Source of the DNA: Botryllus schlosseri
Lineage: Eukaryota
Length of the DNA stretch: 64,000 nucleotides
NCBI GenBank assembly: GCA_051294905.1
Contig: CM119372.1
Location: 31,994,001 to 32,058,000 of the forward strand
Direction of reading: 5' to 3'
A program made the translations under genes and the position numbers. Under the pieces are notes generated by a model. That model saw nothing but the letters and a program-made list of their open reading frames with translations. It searched no databases and was not told where the DNA came from. This document shows, in pieces, positions 1-11,941 of this stretch. Numbering within the stretch: the stretch's first letter is position 1; each line of letters starts with the position of its first letter.

Positions 1-2
1 AG

Positions 3-1079
3 CTACTTTCAAACAGCGGAGATAAAGTCACAGAACAGGAGTCGCGAGTCGCGTGTAAACGGGAAGGTATTAGATCCGAAGTATCTGCTGCTCTACAGAG
101 AAAAGCCAGCGGCAACGTACTTGACGCCTTGCGTAAGACTGTCATGAGCACTATCGATCACAAAAACGCCATGGAACCCCCATCCGACACGTTTACCTAC
201 CGCAACCCGGCTATGCAAAACCTCACAAAAATCGGGCAAATCTTACCCGACAAGCCGCCCGCCGATACTCGCAAGCCAAAACAAGCGAAACCAGCGGGCC
301 AAGGCGACCTTCAATGCCCCTACTGCCCGAAAGTGTTCAAATACAGAAGCGTGCTGGAAATCCACCTGCGTTCGCACACCGGCGAACGGCCCTACAAATG
401 CCCGCACTGTGACTACGCCGGCACGCAACACAACTGCCTAAAACTACACCTGCAACGGCACCACCCCGCTAAAGACCTCGTCAGTCGCGCCGAACTAGTC
501 GCCGCGGAACCGCACGATTACGGTAACCGCGGCAACGGTCCGTATCCCGTGAATTGCCCGGTATGCGGACGCATGTCGCCCTCTCTAGGCTACCTCAAGA
601 TTCACATGCGATGCCACAAGAACAGCCTGGACCACGTTTGCCACATCTGCGGCCGCGGGTTCAAAGAGTACTGGTACTTGAGCACGCATTTGAGGACGCA
701 CGAACGCGACGGCCACCACTTTGGCCCGTATTTCAAGCCTAGTGCATTTCGGGCTTTCGAGGGCTATGATACGCCGAGCTTGCCCGATTCCAAGCCGTCT
801 TACAACTATCCGGCGGACTATTTTCGAAATTACATCGCAGCCAACGCGCATAATTACAGCGATTCGTCGATTCACGTTAAGAAGGAATATCCATCGCTGT
901 CGCAAACGTCAAGTGCCGGTAATCCGTCTTCGCATAGCTTTGTCGAAGATGTGACGAAGACTGCAAGTTTAGTGGCTTCCGGCTCGCGCCGGCGCAAACC
1001 GGTTCACCCGTCTCGCGTGGTGTCGTCGGCACATGTGGCGAACGAATCATCTCCCGGAATAGCTCCGAAAACCGTACAG
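3..1079 (+). CDS. Large coding exon (5'-truncated by window edge) of a C2H2 zinc-finger transcription factor, ZNF536/ZNF219/ZNF217/ZNF516 family
   Basis: Frame is open from nt 3. Four C2H2 fingers: [50 protein letters not shown] and [49 protein letters not shown]. These match recalled ZNF536/219 signatures ([29 protein letters not shown]). Donor CAG|GTACGA at 1079/1080, phase 0; the ORF-track tail after 1079 is partly intron. Confidence 0.9.
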
Positions 1080-1160
1080 GTACGATACGGTCCCACTATC
1101 TGCATGCATTTAGGTATTGAGTTACCTCGGATTTTTTACCTTGCGTTTTTTTGTTTGCAG

Positions 1161-1197
1161 GCCAATGCGTCGGATTCATTCGTAGCAATTGCGTCAG
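1161..1197 (+). CDS. Zinc-finger gene, small internal exon ([12 protein letters not shown])
   Basis: Acceptor ttttttgtttgcag| at 1160 and donor tcag|gtacgt at 1197; phase 0 in, phase 1 out; in frame with the upstream exon. Confidence 0.7.
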
Positions 1198-1370
1198 GTA
1201 CGTGTTCGAATGCATGTAGTACCGTAGGTCGTCAGCAACGATGTGCTTCTAATTTTTTGAAGTACTCCAATAGTATTTTGCCTACTTGTGCTTCGTAAGT
1301 GGTTGTGATTAGACTAGTTTTACGTCTACCTGAATAATATTAGGCTAACTGCCTGCCTTTTACATTCCAG

Positions 1371-1405
1371 CAAGTAAAACGTGCTTTGGGGATGAGTTAG
1401 CGTGA
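1371..1405 (+). CDS. Zinc-finger gene, candidate proximal terminal exon (ASKTCFGDELA*)
   Basis: Acceptor ttttacattccag| at 1370; phase-1 compatible; ends in TGA. Confidence 0.4.
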
Positions 1406-1756
1406 TAAGCGTCATGTGTAATAGACATCGCAGTAACTGCTCAATGTATTTTCGAATATTTTACCTGCTTGTAGCGTCATTTCTCATTTTGCGTTAGTCG
1501 CACAGATGCGTCTTGCGGTTTGGAAAGTAGCCATCACCGATCAACTGCCAAAATTATGCGAACAACTCGCCCAAACATACTTTTCTAAACTTGTTACTTG
1601 TGTACTTTGTAGACCTTTCATTTATTACTTTCACTTGAAGTTTTTGAATCAAGCCCAAATCCAAGCTTTGAATCAAAATCCGGTTTCACCTCGAGCGTCG
1701 ATCGGTCAAAACTTTTGAACCGGAATTTTTCAAATCTAAATCTGCACACGTGCTTA

Positions 1757-3080
1757 CAGGCGCGTATCCAGAGCGCGAAAAAGGGGGGGGGGTTTGAGTG
1801 AAATCACCTATTATGACGTCATAATTACGATCACTCGTCTACACGCCAAGGCGAATATTTACGATATATTATAGTTCAATAATTAAAAGAGATTTGCGGT
1901 GAGTGGGAGATGTACGAATTCGATACAGACAATGCCTGAAATTTCGTGTTTTTACGTTATGATTGAACGAAATTCGTAAATGCTCACATTTAGTCATGAG
2001 CCGACTAACGCCGCCGGTCTCCAAGCGCCTAGTTCCGACCAGAGATGCACGATTTTGTTAGGTTTTGACTATATTATGCGCACAGCCGGTAGTATCGCAG
2101 CGGACGAACAAGCGCGGAATAGTGCGGTAGCATACACGAGGGCGATCGCGATCGCCACAGAGAGGTGTGGAGTGTACAGCTGCACACGAATGTGTGCATT
2201 TCGATGGCTTTACTAGCCGCACGGTTGAGCGTGTAGTACGCGCGAAGATAATTAGCCCTTAATTGCAGGCACGCAAGTCGCTCTATTAATACAGAGTACA
2301 CACTGGGATAATAACTTGAGCGACAGAGGACCTTGTCAGCCGATATCATTACGTTAACTTTACTAATAGGCCTACTCAATTCTCCCGTTCAGCGGCAACA
2401 TAGGCCTGTATTTGGACGACAGCAAGCCACCTAACAATCGAGAACGTGGATTGCTAGGCTTGTATTTTGAAATGTGAATGTCAATCGTAGGGTAATTCTC
2501 GCCGATAATCGCGAAGACAATGTGGATTTGAGAACAGCATTATCGTACCGGTGCCGCCGTGTCTGCGTCTCGCTGATCAATCAACACGCCGTGCAATTCT
2601 TAATTAGGATTTCAAGGCGAGCAGGTGTAGCGAATTCGCGGGCGATGTTCATTGCCGACAACTTTGTCTTTGCAATTACGTATCGGCGGTATCGCGTCGG
2701 CCAATTAGATTAGATTTTCCTAAAATGCGTCTCTCGTTTTAGCAAGGCGAGAGAGAAATCGAGGGAAGAAAGTTGTGAACGTCAGCATCTGCCACAGCTG
2801 AAATGTAGCTGAACAAGGGCAGAATTCGTACGCAATTAGCGAAATATAACGACCTATTTTATCCTTTCGACTAATTCGGCGAATAATTCCAATATTTTGT
2901 AGGGGTTTTAGTCCCCTTAAATAACATTAAGACGCCATATTCGCCTTCTCATACGTAAAAATGAATATGTTGAACTAATAAATTAGCAAATATTAGAGGC
3001 TATATTTAACATGAATTTTTAGGATTTGGAAAAGGGGGGGGTTCCGACCCCCTAAACCCCCCCCCCTGGATACGCCACTG
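1757..3080. mobile_element. Non-autonomous hAT element
   Basis: TIRs caggcgcgtatccag / ctggatacgccactg; perfect 8-bp TSD cgtgctta (1749-1756, 3081-3088); G/C-run subterminal tracts. Confidence 0.85.
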
Positions 3081-3544
3081 CGTGCTTACTATCATTCCGT
3101 TATATTAATCAGTTACTTGATTGGACGATTAGCGCGTGGGTTCAGTTATGCCTATTTCCTTGGCTGGTCGTTGGAGAAATATTGTACTTTTTACGCAGGA
3201 TCTATTCGATTTATACTACCATTCTTCTTTTAGGAGTATATGCGTCAGTCGTTTCGAAATTTGAAGCTGTGGTGAACGTGAATTTGGAATCAATTCAACT
3301 GGAGTCGAAAATTCTCTCCCGATTTAGATTAGATATTCCAGTGAAGCAGGATTATAATGCGGACATGAGAAATTGAATGCGTTCTCGGTGTCGTGAATGA
3401 TACGAAACGAGTTCCTTTTGATTTGAAGTAAAAGTTGGAGCGGTCTGAAAATATGATTCCGGCCATTTCTGTTCTGTCTAACCATGTAAAAGAAAATATC
3501 ACCTTGGTACTTCTATTCCCGAGTGAGTGCCAGCCTACCATACC

Positions 3545-4407
3545 AGCCATCCGCAAATCCGGGCCGAAAAAGCACTTCGTCAGCCCACCTCCAAAAACGT
3601 TGATCTTGGGGCCCCCACAGGGCGATAAGCCAAACTTCCGGGGGCTTCGCCCCAGGACCCTACACTTGGGTGGATGTTTTCACCTGTACTTGTGATCACA
3701 TTCATTCTACTCAGCGTAAGCAGAGAGTTTACGTAGCTTATCGCGACAATGGCGACAATTTTCGATCATTCACGACTGAAGCACTTTTCTCGCGGTCGAA
3801 TTTTAGGCCCAAATTTCAGAGTCCCATGTGTTAACCTAAACTTCATTATGTGTGGATACGTCGTGGTGCGGCAGTGGCTGACGCCGAAATGCCTATAAAT
3901 TTCTCGGAGAAGGGCACCTAATAAGCAAGACATTTAGGGACACTAAATCGTGCAAAGCCCAAAAAGAAATTGAAAAATGTTGGAAAAAGTTTCAAATAAA
4001 ACGCTATGATTTATATTCATTTGCGCAATAATTTTGGGCCTTTTTCAAGCTCGGCCCCTCTCCAATTGGGCGGTTTGGGGTGCCCCAGTTACGGTCCTGC
4101 ACAAAATAAATGAATCGAAAACCAATGATCAAACTGCGCTGCTTAGCGATGAGTCGGCTCGTATCTGTTCAGTATTTGTCGCTCGCATGTCGTCAAATGA
4201 AACGTCTTGTACTTTAAGTCAAATCGAACATGTTTCTAGCCCTCATGTTACTTCCGGAAGTTTTGAATCAGTTTAAAATTAGATGTTTTATTTATTTTGT
4301 CAAAGGACAAGCCTTCAACATTGCATCTTGAAATTGAAGTATAAAATTGTAATATTCCTCGCGGACCGGCAGGAATGTCGTCGCGGACCGGCGGTTGAGA
4401 ACCACTG
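3545..4407. mobile_element. 5'-truncated copy of the hAT MITE at 55464-56800
   Basis: Colinear similarity to 55950-56800; ends in cgcggaccggcggttgagaaccactg. Confidence 0.8.
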
Positions 4408-6059
4408 CTATAGACAACCTAACACTTTCATGGGGTGAACAGAAAATTTTCAAATTTTTTGTTATTTATTTTTATATAATAAATAGGAACTTCCTTCTCC
4501 TGTAGCAATGTGGCTACTGGTTGGAATTGAACCGAATTCGGTTTGTGGGCCTAAATTAGGTAACCTAATAATTTATCAAGTCGCCAGTACGATTTGAGAA
4601 TAAAAGTCATTTTTGAAGACCCTTAATGCTCATGCTAATATACCAATAATCTTCCGCCACCATCACATCGAGCCACATAGTCTACAAAGCAGTAGTTCCC
4701 AGCCCTTTTATGGTTGTGACCAAATTTTCGATTTGAAAATGTTCCGCGACCCTTCTATAGATTGGGTAAGCAGATTACTAAAAATACATAAAAGGGTCAG
4801 CGGGTCAGCACCTTCTCCCATACCTACTCACGGCGCTTTCGAGAAGCGCTGGTTACTAAAAAAGGTCGGCGAACGCTGAAAGGAGGTAAACGAAGCTCAA
4901 CCACGGCTTTAGAGTTTTCTATTGCAATTAAGAAAGGCGTCGAGGTTGTATACTTGCTAATTTGATATTACCGTTATCTTAAACTATCGACTTATTGGTC
5001 GCGCAATGTGTAGTCACAAGTCTCATACATACATCGAGGACTACCTAACATCAAGTATCCGACTGTGCGTCATTTTATGTGACAAAAGTTGCATTCGGAA
5101 AATATGATGTCAGCAATTTTCCAGCAGTGGATATATAGAGAAAATTTAAAAGTGATGTCGCCAAAATGTAGGGTAATTCTTCTGGCTTTTAAAATGATCT
5201 CCTAATTATGCGGGAAGCAAAAGTATAATCATAGCTGGCGGGTGTTAAAACGTTTTTTAGTTCTTTTGAATTTTTCGTTTCTCTGACGTCAATTTTTGAC
5301 GAATGCCAACATAATGTCGCCTAATATCATGTGATATTCGCGGGTCATTTTTTCCAGTCATTACGAAATGGTGTTCTTAAGGTTCATATATCACGAATTC
5401 CCTAACATACAGCTGTGTACAACCGAATTCACCTCTCGACGGCATGAGTATCTTTGTACAATGAATGACCAACGCATTTGGTACATTACGACATAACACT
5501 CTTACGCCTCTTACATGACCAATGACTAGCCAGTCAACGCAGTCATCAAGCTTACCAGCTAGGTTGACCATTGACCATCGTTCGTTGACTTTCTTGCGAC
5601 TGGTGGGCGTTGGCTATAATCGATGGGCGTGGTCAGTAAACAGGATTGTTGATAATATCTGGTAGCAATTAGTTGTTCGGGTGATGTTCAAAAATGTCTC
5701 CTATTTCTTGCAATGTTAGTCATACTGCATCAGCATCTGGTGTTAGAATTGTAAGGATTACGTTTTTGGAAAATCCGTTTAGGTTCGATTAAATTCGAAT
5801 GCGAATTCCGAATATTCCCCATTTACAGCACACACGAGTCGTGTTCCTAATTGCTCCAGGTCAACCATTAAAACCTACATTTACACGCCGAGGTCAATGT
5901 AATCGACGCATTCAGTGTAATTACAAAAGAGAGACTTATCACGTTTCAAATTCGGAATCCCGTTCGCTTTCGGCCGGCATTTTGCAGAAGGCTTGTACGA
6001 ATCTAGCCGGTTTCCGGAAAACCGGTCGGACATATGTCCGGTTAAAATAATAAAGATAT

Positions 6060-7993
6060 CGTCGCTGGAAAACCAAACTGTCCTATGTCCACTTTTGGTG
6101 ATTTTGACTTTTTTGGTTTCTATTACTATTTGGACATAGGTCTTTCTTTTTAGCCGGGTTTCATGTTTCTAGGTAGTGTGGATCAATGGTCAAGGGGACA
6201 TATACACATGGATTTTCAAGGCAAATTGAAAACCAAACTGGGTTATGTCCACATTATGCTTCTGTTGAAATTTAGATGTTACTCATATCGTGATGTTTTT
6301 ACTGGATTCCTATCAAAATTTGTTGATTACAGCTTTACAGGGATATATTACGGTAATTCCCAGTACTTGTGGTTTAAAAGTGGCAGAATGAATCGAATTA
6401 GAATAAATTCAAGGGTGTCAGCGGAAGCCTGGCAATTCGATGAGAAAAACCAGTTGGACAATGACAGATGGTCTTATATGCATTTTGGAGATAATTGGAG
6501 GGATGCAAGAATACAAGGAACAGTTATAAAAGCTTTGGGATCTAAATGGGAAGTGACAAGTTGTTTCTAGAAGAAATCGCAGATAGAAAAGGAGGAGTTG
6601 CAGTTGAGCCATCTTGTTCTGGTGGTGCTGTAAACAGAGGCAGTGACTCTGACTCTGAGGATCGATTGAATTAAGAAAGATGTGTTTCTGGTAGATGAGC
6701 CTTGTTCGTCAAAACAGACAGATGGTCTTGTTGAAGGAGAGGAGGTATATTTGTGTCATCATTCTATTATTCCAAAAGACTGCGAAATTATAACTTCACA
6801 ATAACTGATATCAATTCAAAGATAACGACATGCTTCCTATGGAATGAAACTGAGGCCAAATTAGGATCCTGTGAGGTTGCTACCGCAGTTTTTCTCCACT
6901 TGAGTGACCATTGAATTACACAGGAAAGAAATCTGTTCATTAATTCTGTGACCGGTGCGGGGGGCAAAATAATAACAGAACGGTTGTTTTAATATTATGC
7001 CATGCTTCCACTGTTTTTGAATTTGAGGAGATAACTTTAAATTTCATGGTAATTGGACATTCACAAAGTGAATATGACAATGCACACTCTGTCATCGAAA
7101 ACGCCACCAGAGGAAAGTGCATATTTACCACAGAACAATGGGAAACGGGCAATAGGAATAAAAATGGCATTCAAGAAGAATTTACCTGAAGTCAATGCCT
7201 TTAATTACAGTGACGTGATTGACTTCAAGTCACCACTGAGTTTTCCGCAGTATGCCTCAATTTGGCAGAGCAAATCCATCATTGATGCTGAGAAAAATGC
7301 CGGTGACAAAATTTACTGGTCAAAAGTGATGCAAATGAAATTTTTGAAGGGTTCCGATTCAACAGTTTTTGTCAAGTATAGTTATAGTGAGCCCTCGTCC
7401 AAAAAATTGCAGCTGTCCAGTTCAAGACCAGCAACTAGGTCAAATGCCACAGTTCTACCACTGCTGTATCAGGAGAGACCAAGGATTCCGGCAGACAAAT
7501 ACAAAGACTAGTCTAAACTCTGTGATAAGAATTTGCTTCCTCCACACTTGCATTCCTTTTACAAAACCCTTCCGGTGGCATGCACTAGTGAAGGGACTGA
7601 CTGAGTTATTCAGTTTCTTTCATTCGTTTCATTTGTTGTGTTCCTGTTTCTTAGTTTGACATCATTATGCCATAAAATGCTGATAAAGTGCATTATTGAC
7701 GCATTGATTGGTAATTTGAAGAGGAATTATGTCCAAGAAAATGCTACTTAGTTGAGGACTATTTGAGAACCAAAGTGGCCTATGTCCAAAATGGGGGCTG
7801 AAAGTGGGGGTTGCTCTTATTTTGAGAAACTAAAAATTATGCGATATCGCAGCTATATGGATATATATCAGTATCCCAGGAGCTCACTGCTGGGGTGTGG
7901 ATAGTGTGAGCATGATAACTATGGGAAATCTTCTTTTTCGATTATCTCAGCTCGCTGTTTTGTGACATAGCGCAGTTTGGTTTTCCAGCGACG
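6060..7993 (+). mobile_element. Decayed Sola1 DNA transposon with transposase pseudogene
   Basis: About 30-bp TIRs cgtcgctggaaaaccaaactg / cagtttggttttccagcgacg; 4-bp TSD ATAT (AWWT). Broken frames give LWNETEAKLGSCEVAT, CDRCGGQNNNR, IGHSQSEYDNAHSVIE and a C-terminal KYKD*SKLCDKNLLPPHLHSFYKTL, all Sola1 DDD-transposase-like, with stops and frameshifts. Confidence 0.85.
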
Positions 7994-8141
7994 ATATATA
8001 CATTTGCACATTTAGACGGTACGGACTACACTCTCAGCGTAGTTGCAGTGTTTAATCTCACAGTGTGCCACTTTTTGTGTCCGCGACGCCATGTGCAGTG
8101 GTATTAAAACCTGCTAGAGTGCGTTTCAAGCCTTCTTGTTT

Positions 8142-8408
8142 CTACGATAATCCGTGGTACAGAAGTACGCGGAAGAACAACTTCGTATTGTAGATGGATT
8201 CAATGTTCGTATTGAAAAAAACCGAATACTTTCGGCTGACACTCGTCAAGGAGTAATCGTCAGCAACTAGTAGAGAATTGGAAAGAAAATTGTTCTCTGC
8301 TAGTTGCTGACAATCACCCCTGACTAGTGTTAACCGAAAATATTCCGGCTTGATTCACTATGAATTCCATTGTATATTTAAGTTCTGTACCACCGGGACT
8401 GTCGTTGA
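8142..8408. repeat. Imperfect long palindrome (fold-back element) in the zinc-finger gene intron
   Basis: Arm ttcggctgacactcgtcaaggagtaatcgtcagcaactagtagagaa pairs with ttctctgctagttgctgacaatcacccctgactagtgttaaccgaa; outer arms gtggtacagaa / ttctgtaccac. Confidence 0.7.
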
Positions 8409-8553
8409 ACTCATTCACTAAGGGATTTTCGACTGACTCTGATCAGTAACGACCGTTGGTATTTGTCAGTACTTGGAGGACTTGCCGTAACTAACCTAAC
8501 CCGAACACCAGCCATAGTCGTGCTCGGTATTGAAATGACTTTTTTCGTTTCAG

Positions 8554-8618
8554 AAGACTTGCCGCTGGACTTGCGGTGCGTATCGAGGAAACGGGAACAG
8601 TCCGGAATGAGCTCTTAA
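8554..8618 (+). CDS. Zinc-finger gene, candidate distal terminal exon (EDLPLDLRCVSRKREQSGMSS*) with PLDL CtBP-type motif
   Basis: Strong acceptor ttttttcgtttcag| at 8553; phase-1 compatible with the donor at 1197. PLDLR resembles the PXDLS CtBP-binding motif typical of this family. AATAAA candidates lie near 10280 and 10400. Confidence 0.65.
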
Positions 8619-9524
8619 ACTCGTCGGGGATGTTTCTAAGGAACTCTTCCAGCAAACGCTGGTACCTCGAAATGCCTGGGGCGGAATGGCACGTTGCTTC
8701 TTGAAACATAACGGTGATTAACAGCCCCGGCAACGTTCGTCAATCACGAGGACGTCTACTGTTAGATTCTCCTCTATCGAGCTTAGAGGAAGATGATTTA
8801 TCACCGCTACTCTATTTGTTTGTCCAACGGCGTTGCCGGATATCGGTAATTATGCGCACTCCAACGGATTCCAAACAATGACGTCATAATGCCTGCCTGC
8901 GTAATTGGGTCGCCCGAGATTTCAGTCTTTCCAACCCGGACGTAGCCAGATTGATGTTTTGTCGGCGATGTAGATGCTGCGCAGCTCATGCTATAACGCG
9001 AATGAGTGCGATTTGAAACATAGTGCGATTCTGTGCCATCCCTAGCCTTGCGCCTCGGCGCCACCGCGTATATTTGGTAGAGTTTAGGCAATCTTCATGA
9101 AATGATGCCACGCTGATGGCGAATTGCGATATTTAATGTTATGAAATCATTGTTTTTCAAGCTTATGTATGATATGTCTTATTTTAAACTGCGTACATGT
9201 CTTTTTATTATTTTTAACCCGTATTGGCCACGCATATCACGTTTTGCGACACTTTCCCTTTCGTTTCCTTAGCGACCTGTGTAACCAGTATCTGTATCGA
9301 GCGAATGAGCAATTGTACCTTATATTCCTTCGAATTCATGAATAGGGAATTACGGATTTTTTGCTTTGTCATGTCTCGTCACCACCTCGTACGTGACGTC
9401 GTGGACTCCACGTCTGTTGCACGGAAGCTTTTCCTATCGAATAAGTTAGGGCGAGATTTTGCGAATCGATTGAACTGACCCCGTCTATTAATGTGAGCAC
9501 GCGACATTTTGACATTGATGTGGG

Positions 9525-9811
9525 CATAGGTGGTCATTAACGAAGTACTTCTACTTTTTCAAGTACTTGAGTAAGTTTAGCCTCATTATCCTACTTACTT
9601 ACCTGCTTACTTAAAAATGGCAACTTTGCGGATAGGGTTGCATCATGTTATGAATTATTGAATATAATTTCAGACATTTTTAAGATCTTCAATTTCTACT
9701 TCAAATTCAAGTCGTTTTGACATGCCTTCAAAATTGCCATTTCTGCTTGCAATCGAGTAAAAATTTACGGTGTTACTCGAGTAGGGACGTCGGCTACTTT
9801 GAACACCTCTG
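9525..9811. mobile_element. Short decayed member of the cagaggtggtca-TIR MITE family (see 39093-40365)
   Basis: Starts cataggtggtcattaacgaagtacttctac and ends ctactttgaacacctctg; TSD not preserved. Confidence 0.65.
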
Positions 9812-10709
9812 GTTTTGTGTTGATATTAAGGAACGTGCTCAAGCGTCGCTGTCGTTAATGATCGTGTCGCATGATCAAATGTCGCAACGAATAAGTATAT
9901 GTCTCTGCTTCCGGTAGTTTAGCTGCATTCAATATCGAGGCGATCCATTTTCTGTGGGATGTTGGTTGGTGTATCTCTGTTCTTTGTCGTGTTTCCTGAT
10001 ATCTCGTTAGCCGCGGTGCTTGTTTTCACGCGAATCATGTAAACGCACATTTCGATATCACTGCTGCTACCGTCTTGAACCTGGGTATGCGTTCGCGTCG
10101 AATGCGATACATTCGATACCAGTGTGCTCTTTGTGGGAATGGGGTTGGACTTACACAGGCTTTGGCGATAGCTTGGGGAAGAAAGTGCAGTGCTTTATAT
10201 TTCGTGTATCCGAGAAACAATGATCGCGCGGTTTGTAGGAATGGCCGGTTTACGCCTCGACGAACGGGCCCCTGTTTGTAATAAAGCAGGCCAAGTGGGC
10301 TAATGTAGCCTCTGGGCCTTGTAGGAAGACTGGTATGCAACAATTCTGTCTGGCGAAACGAGAGTGGATCTAAGAAGAAAGAGCCAGGACCATGAGCAGA
10401 ATAAAATTTATATTTTCGTAATCAGTAAAGCATCAGCTTTTCATTGATACCCGTTTTGTCGGATTTACCGATCGGCAAGCTGGTCAAAAATTGCCGTAGT
10501 TGCCTTTGGTCAAATGGAAAGTATGACGTGACCCAAATGCAGTGAGTCGTTAAGTCTCGCTGTGTCCACACCAGGGCTTTGGAGCAGCCGTAAATATGCA
10601 TTGCTCCGGCTCCGGAGCTTTCTTCTATTATTCATTAGCTCCAACTCCGGAGCCGCATTATTACCAGTGCTCCGGCTCTGAAAACTATCGAAGGTGTCTA
10701 CGTCTATAT

Positions 10710-11407
10710 CAGGGGTGGGCAACCCGCGACCTGCGGGCCATATGTGGCCTGCGAGAAGGTTTTGAGTAGCCCGCGAGCTAATTTCCCTTTATATTATCTA
10801 AATTCTGTTGTATTAACGAAATTGAATTGCTCAGATTGTGAACTTGCAAGGCCAACCAAAAATATGATTAGTCTAGCCGCGACACTTTGGATGTTGATGA
10901 CTAAAATATCAGTTTCGACGCATTGGCAGATCCAGGGTCCCGTCACATTTTTAGTAAATCGTCGTACATTACAATAAACTAAAAGAGTAGTAGAATTTTT
11001 CTTCACGCGCTACGCGTGTTTAATTGTCACACGACTTCTTTCTTTGTAGCCTACCCCCACCTGAAAATGAAAAATCGCCTGATTTAGCCGATTGAGTCTA
11101 ACTATATTCTTAATTACGAGAGAAAGTATTTTCTCGTTTGCGCTCGCAGAAAGATCGTCGGCGATAAAATGTAGGCACAAAATGATTGTCGTATATCAGC
11201 GGAAATCTTCGATATCGATAAGTCCAGATGCCGAATAGTCCTGTCCTTGCAAACTGAGCCCAGCGGGCGGTATACAGTTGACCCGCAATATACCCAAGTA
11301 ATAATAATATTAACTTCGAAAATTTTACGCGCCTGCGAGGCTAGTGGGCAGCGCACTCGTTCGTCAATTTCATGTGGCCCTTTAGCCGAAAAGGTTGGCC
11401 CCCCATG
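10710..11407. mobile_element. hAT (Buster/Charlie-type) MITE
   Basis: TIRs caggggtgggcaac / gttggccccccatg; perfect TSD gtctatat (10702-10709, 11408-11415). Confidence 0.85.
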
Positions 11408-11941
11408 GTCTATATAGATTGCTAATTTACCCGTAGGCTAGTTATCTATAGTAATCTAGAGTAGAGGCCGACCGATTATCGGCTCGCCGATAATGTCGAG
11501 TCGATATCACACTTCGAAAGAAATATCGGTATCGGCCATTGGAGGTAAAAAAATATCGGCCATTTTCGTGACGTCACAACATGGTGGCAGGGAGTCAGAG
11601 AAGACGTGAGGTCTTTCACTGCTTGTCGGTAAATTATAAAAATAAATGGCCAAGCTGCATATAGTGCATACCAGAGATGAGCGGATTTGAAATTTCTATG
11701 TCCTAATCCAATCCAAATCCGAACCTTCAAATCCAAATCCTAATCCATAACTTTTTCATATTCAAGTCCATGTCCAATCCTAATCCGATTCCAACTGGAA
11801 ATTCAGAAAAAATACTAATATATGCAATAGAGGGATTCGAAAATTTTCTTTCACAACCAACGATTCACTTGATTCAAGATAACTTAGTAACCATAAGTAC
11901 AATAATAACTGATCTGAATAAAGTTTGTCGCCATTCGCCAT

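Noticed and set aside
1080..1298. C-terminal extension of the 389-aa ORF ([12 protein letters not shown]...)
   Set aside because: It runs through clear donor and acceptor sites; apart from exon 1161-1197 it is intron read-through.
4420..5745. Possible piggyBac-like element (taacac...gtgtta ends; tgacca motifs as in 28932-29897)
   Set aside because: The terminal match is only about 7 bp with no clean TTAA TSD, so boundaries cannot be supported.
8491..9091. Minus-strand ORFs of 80 and 94 aa
   Set aside because: No recognisable motifs; better explained as antisense of the zinc-finger terminal exon and 3' UTR.
10572..10680. gctccg repeats (also 19906-20013) as a coding PEPEP repeat
   Set aside because: Fragments of a cagggctttggag-TIR MITE family, not exons.
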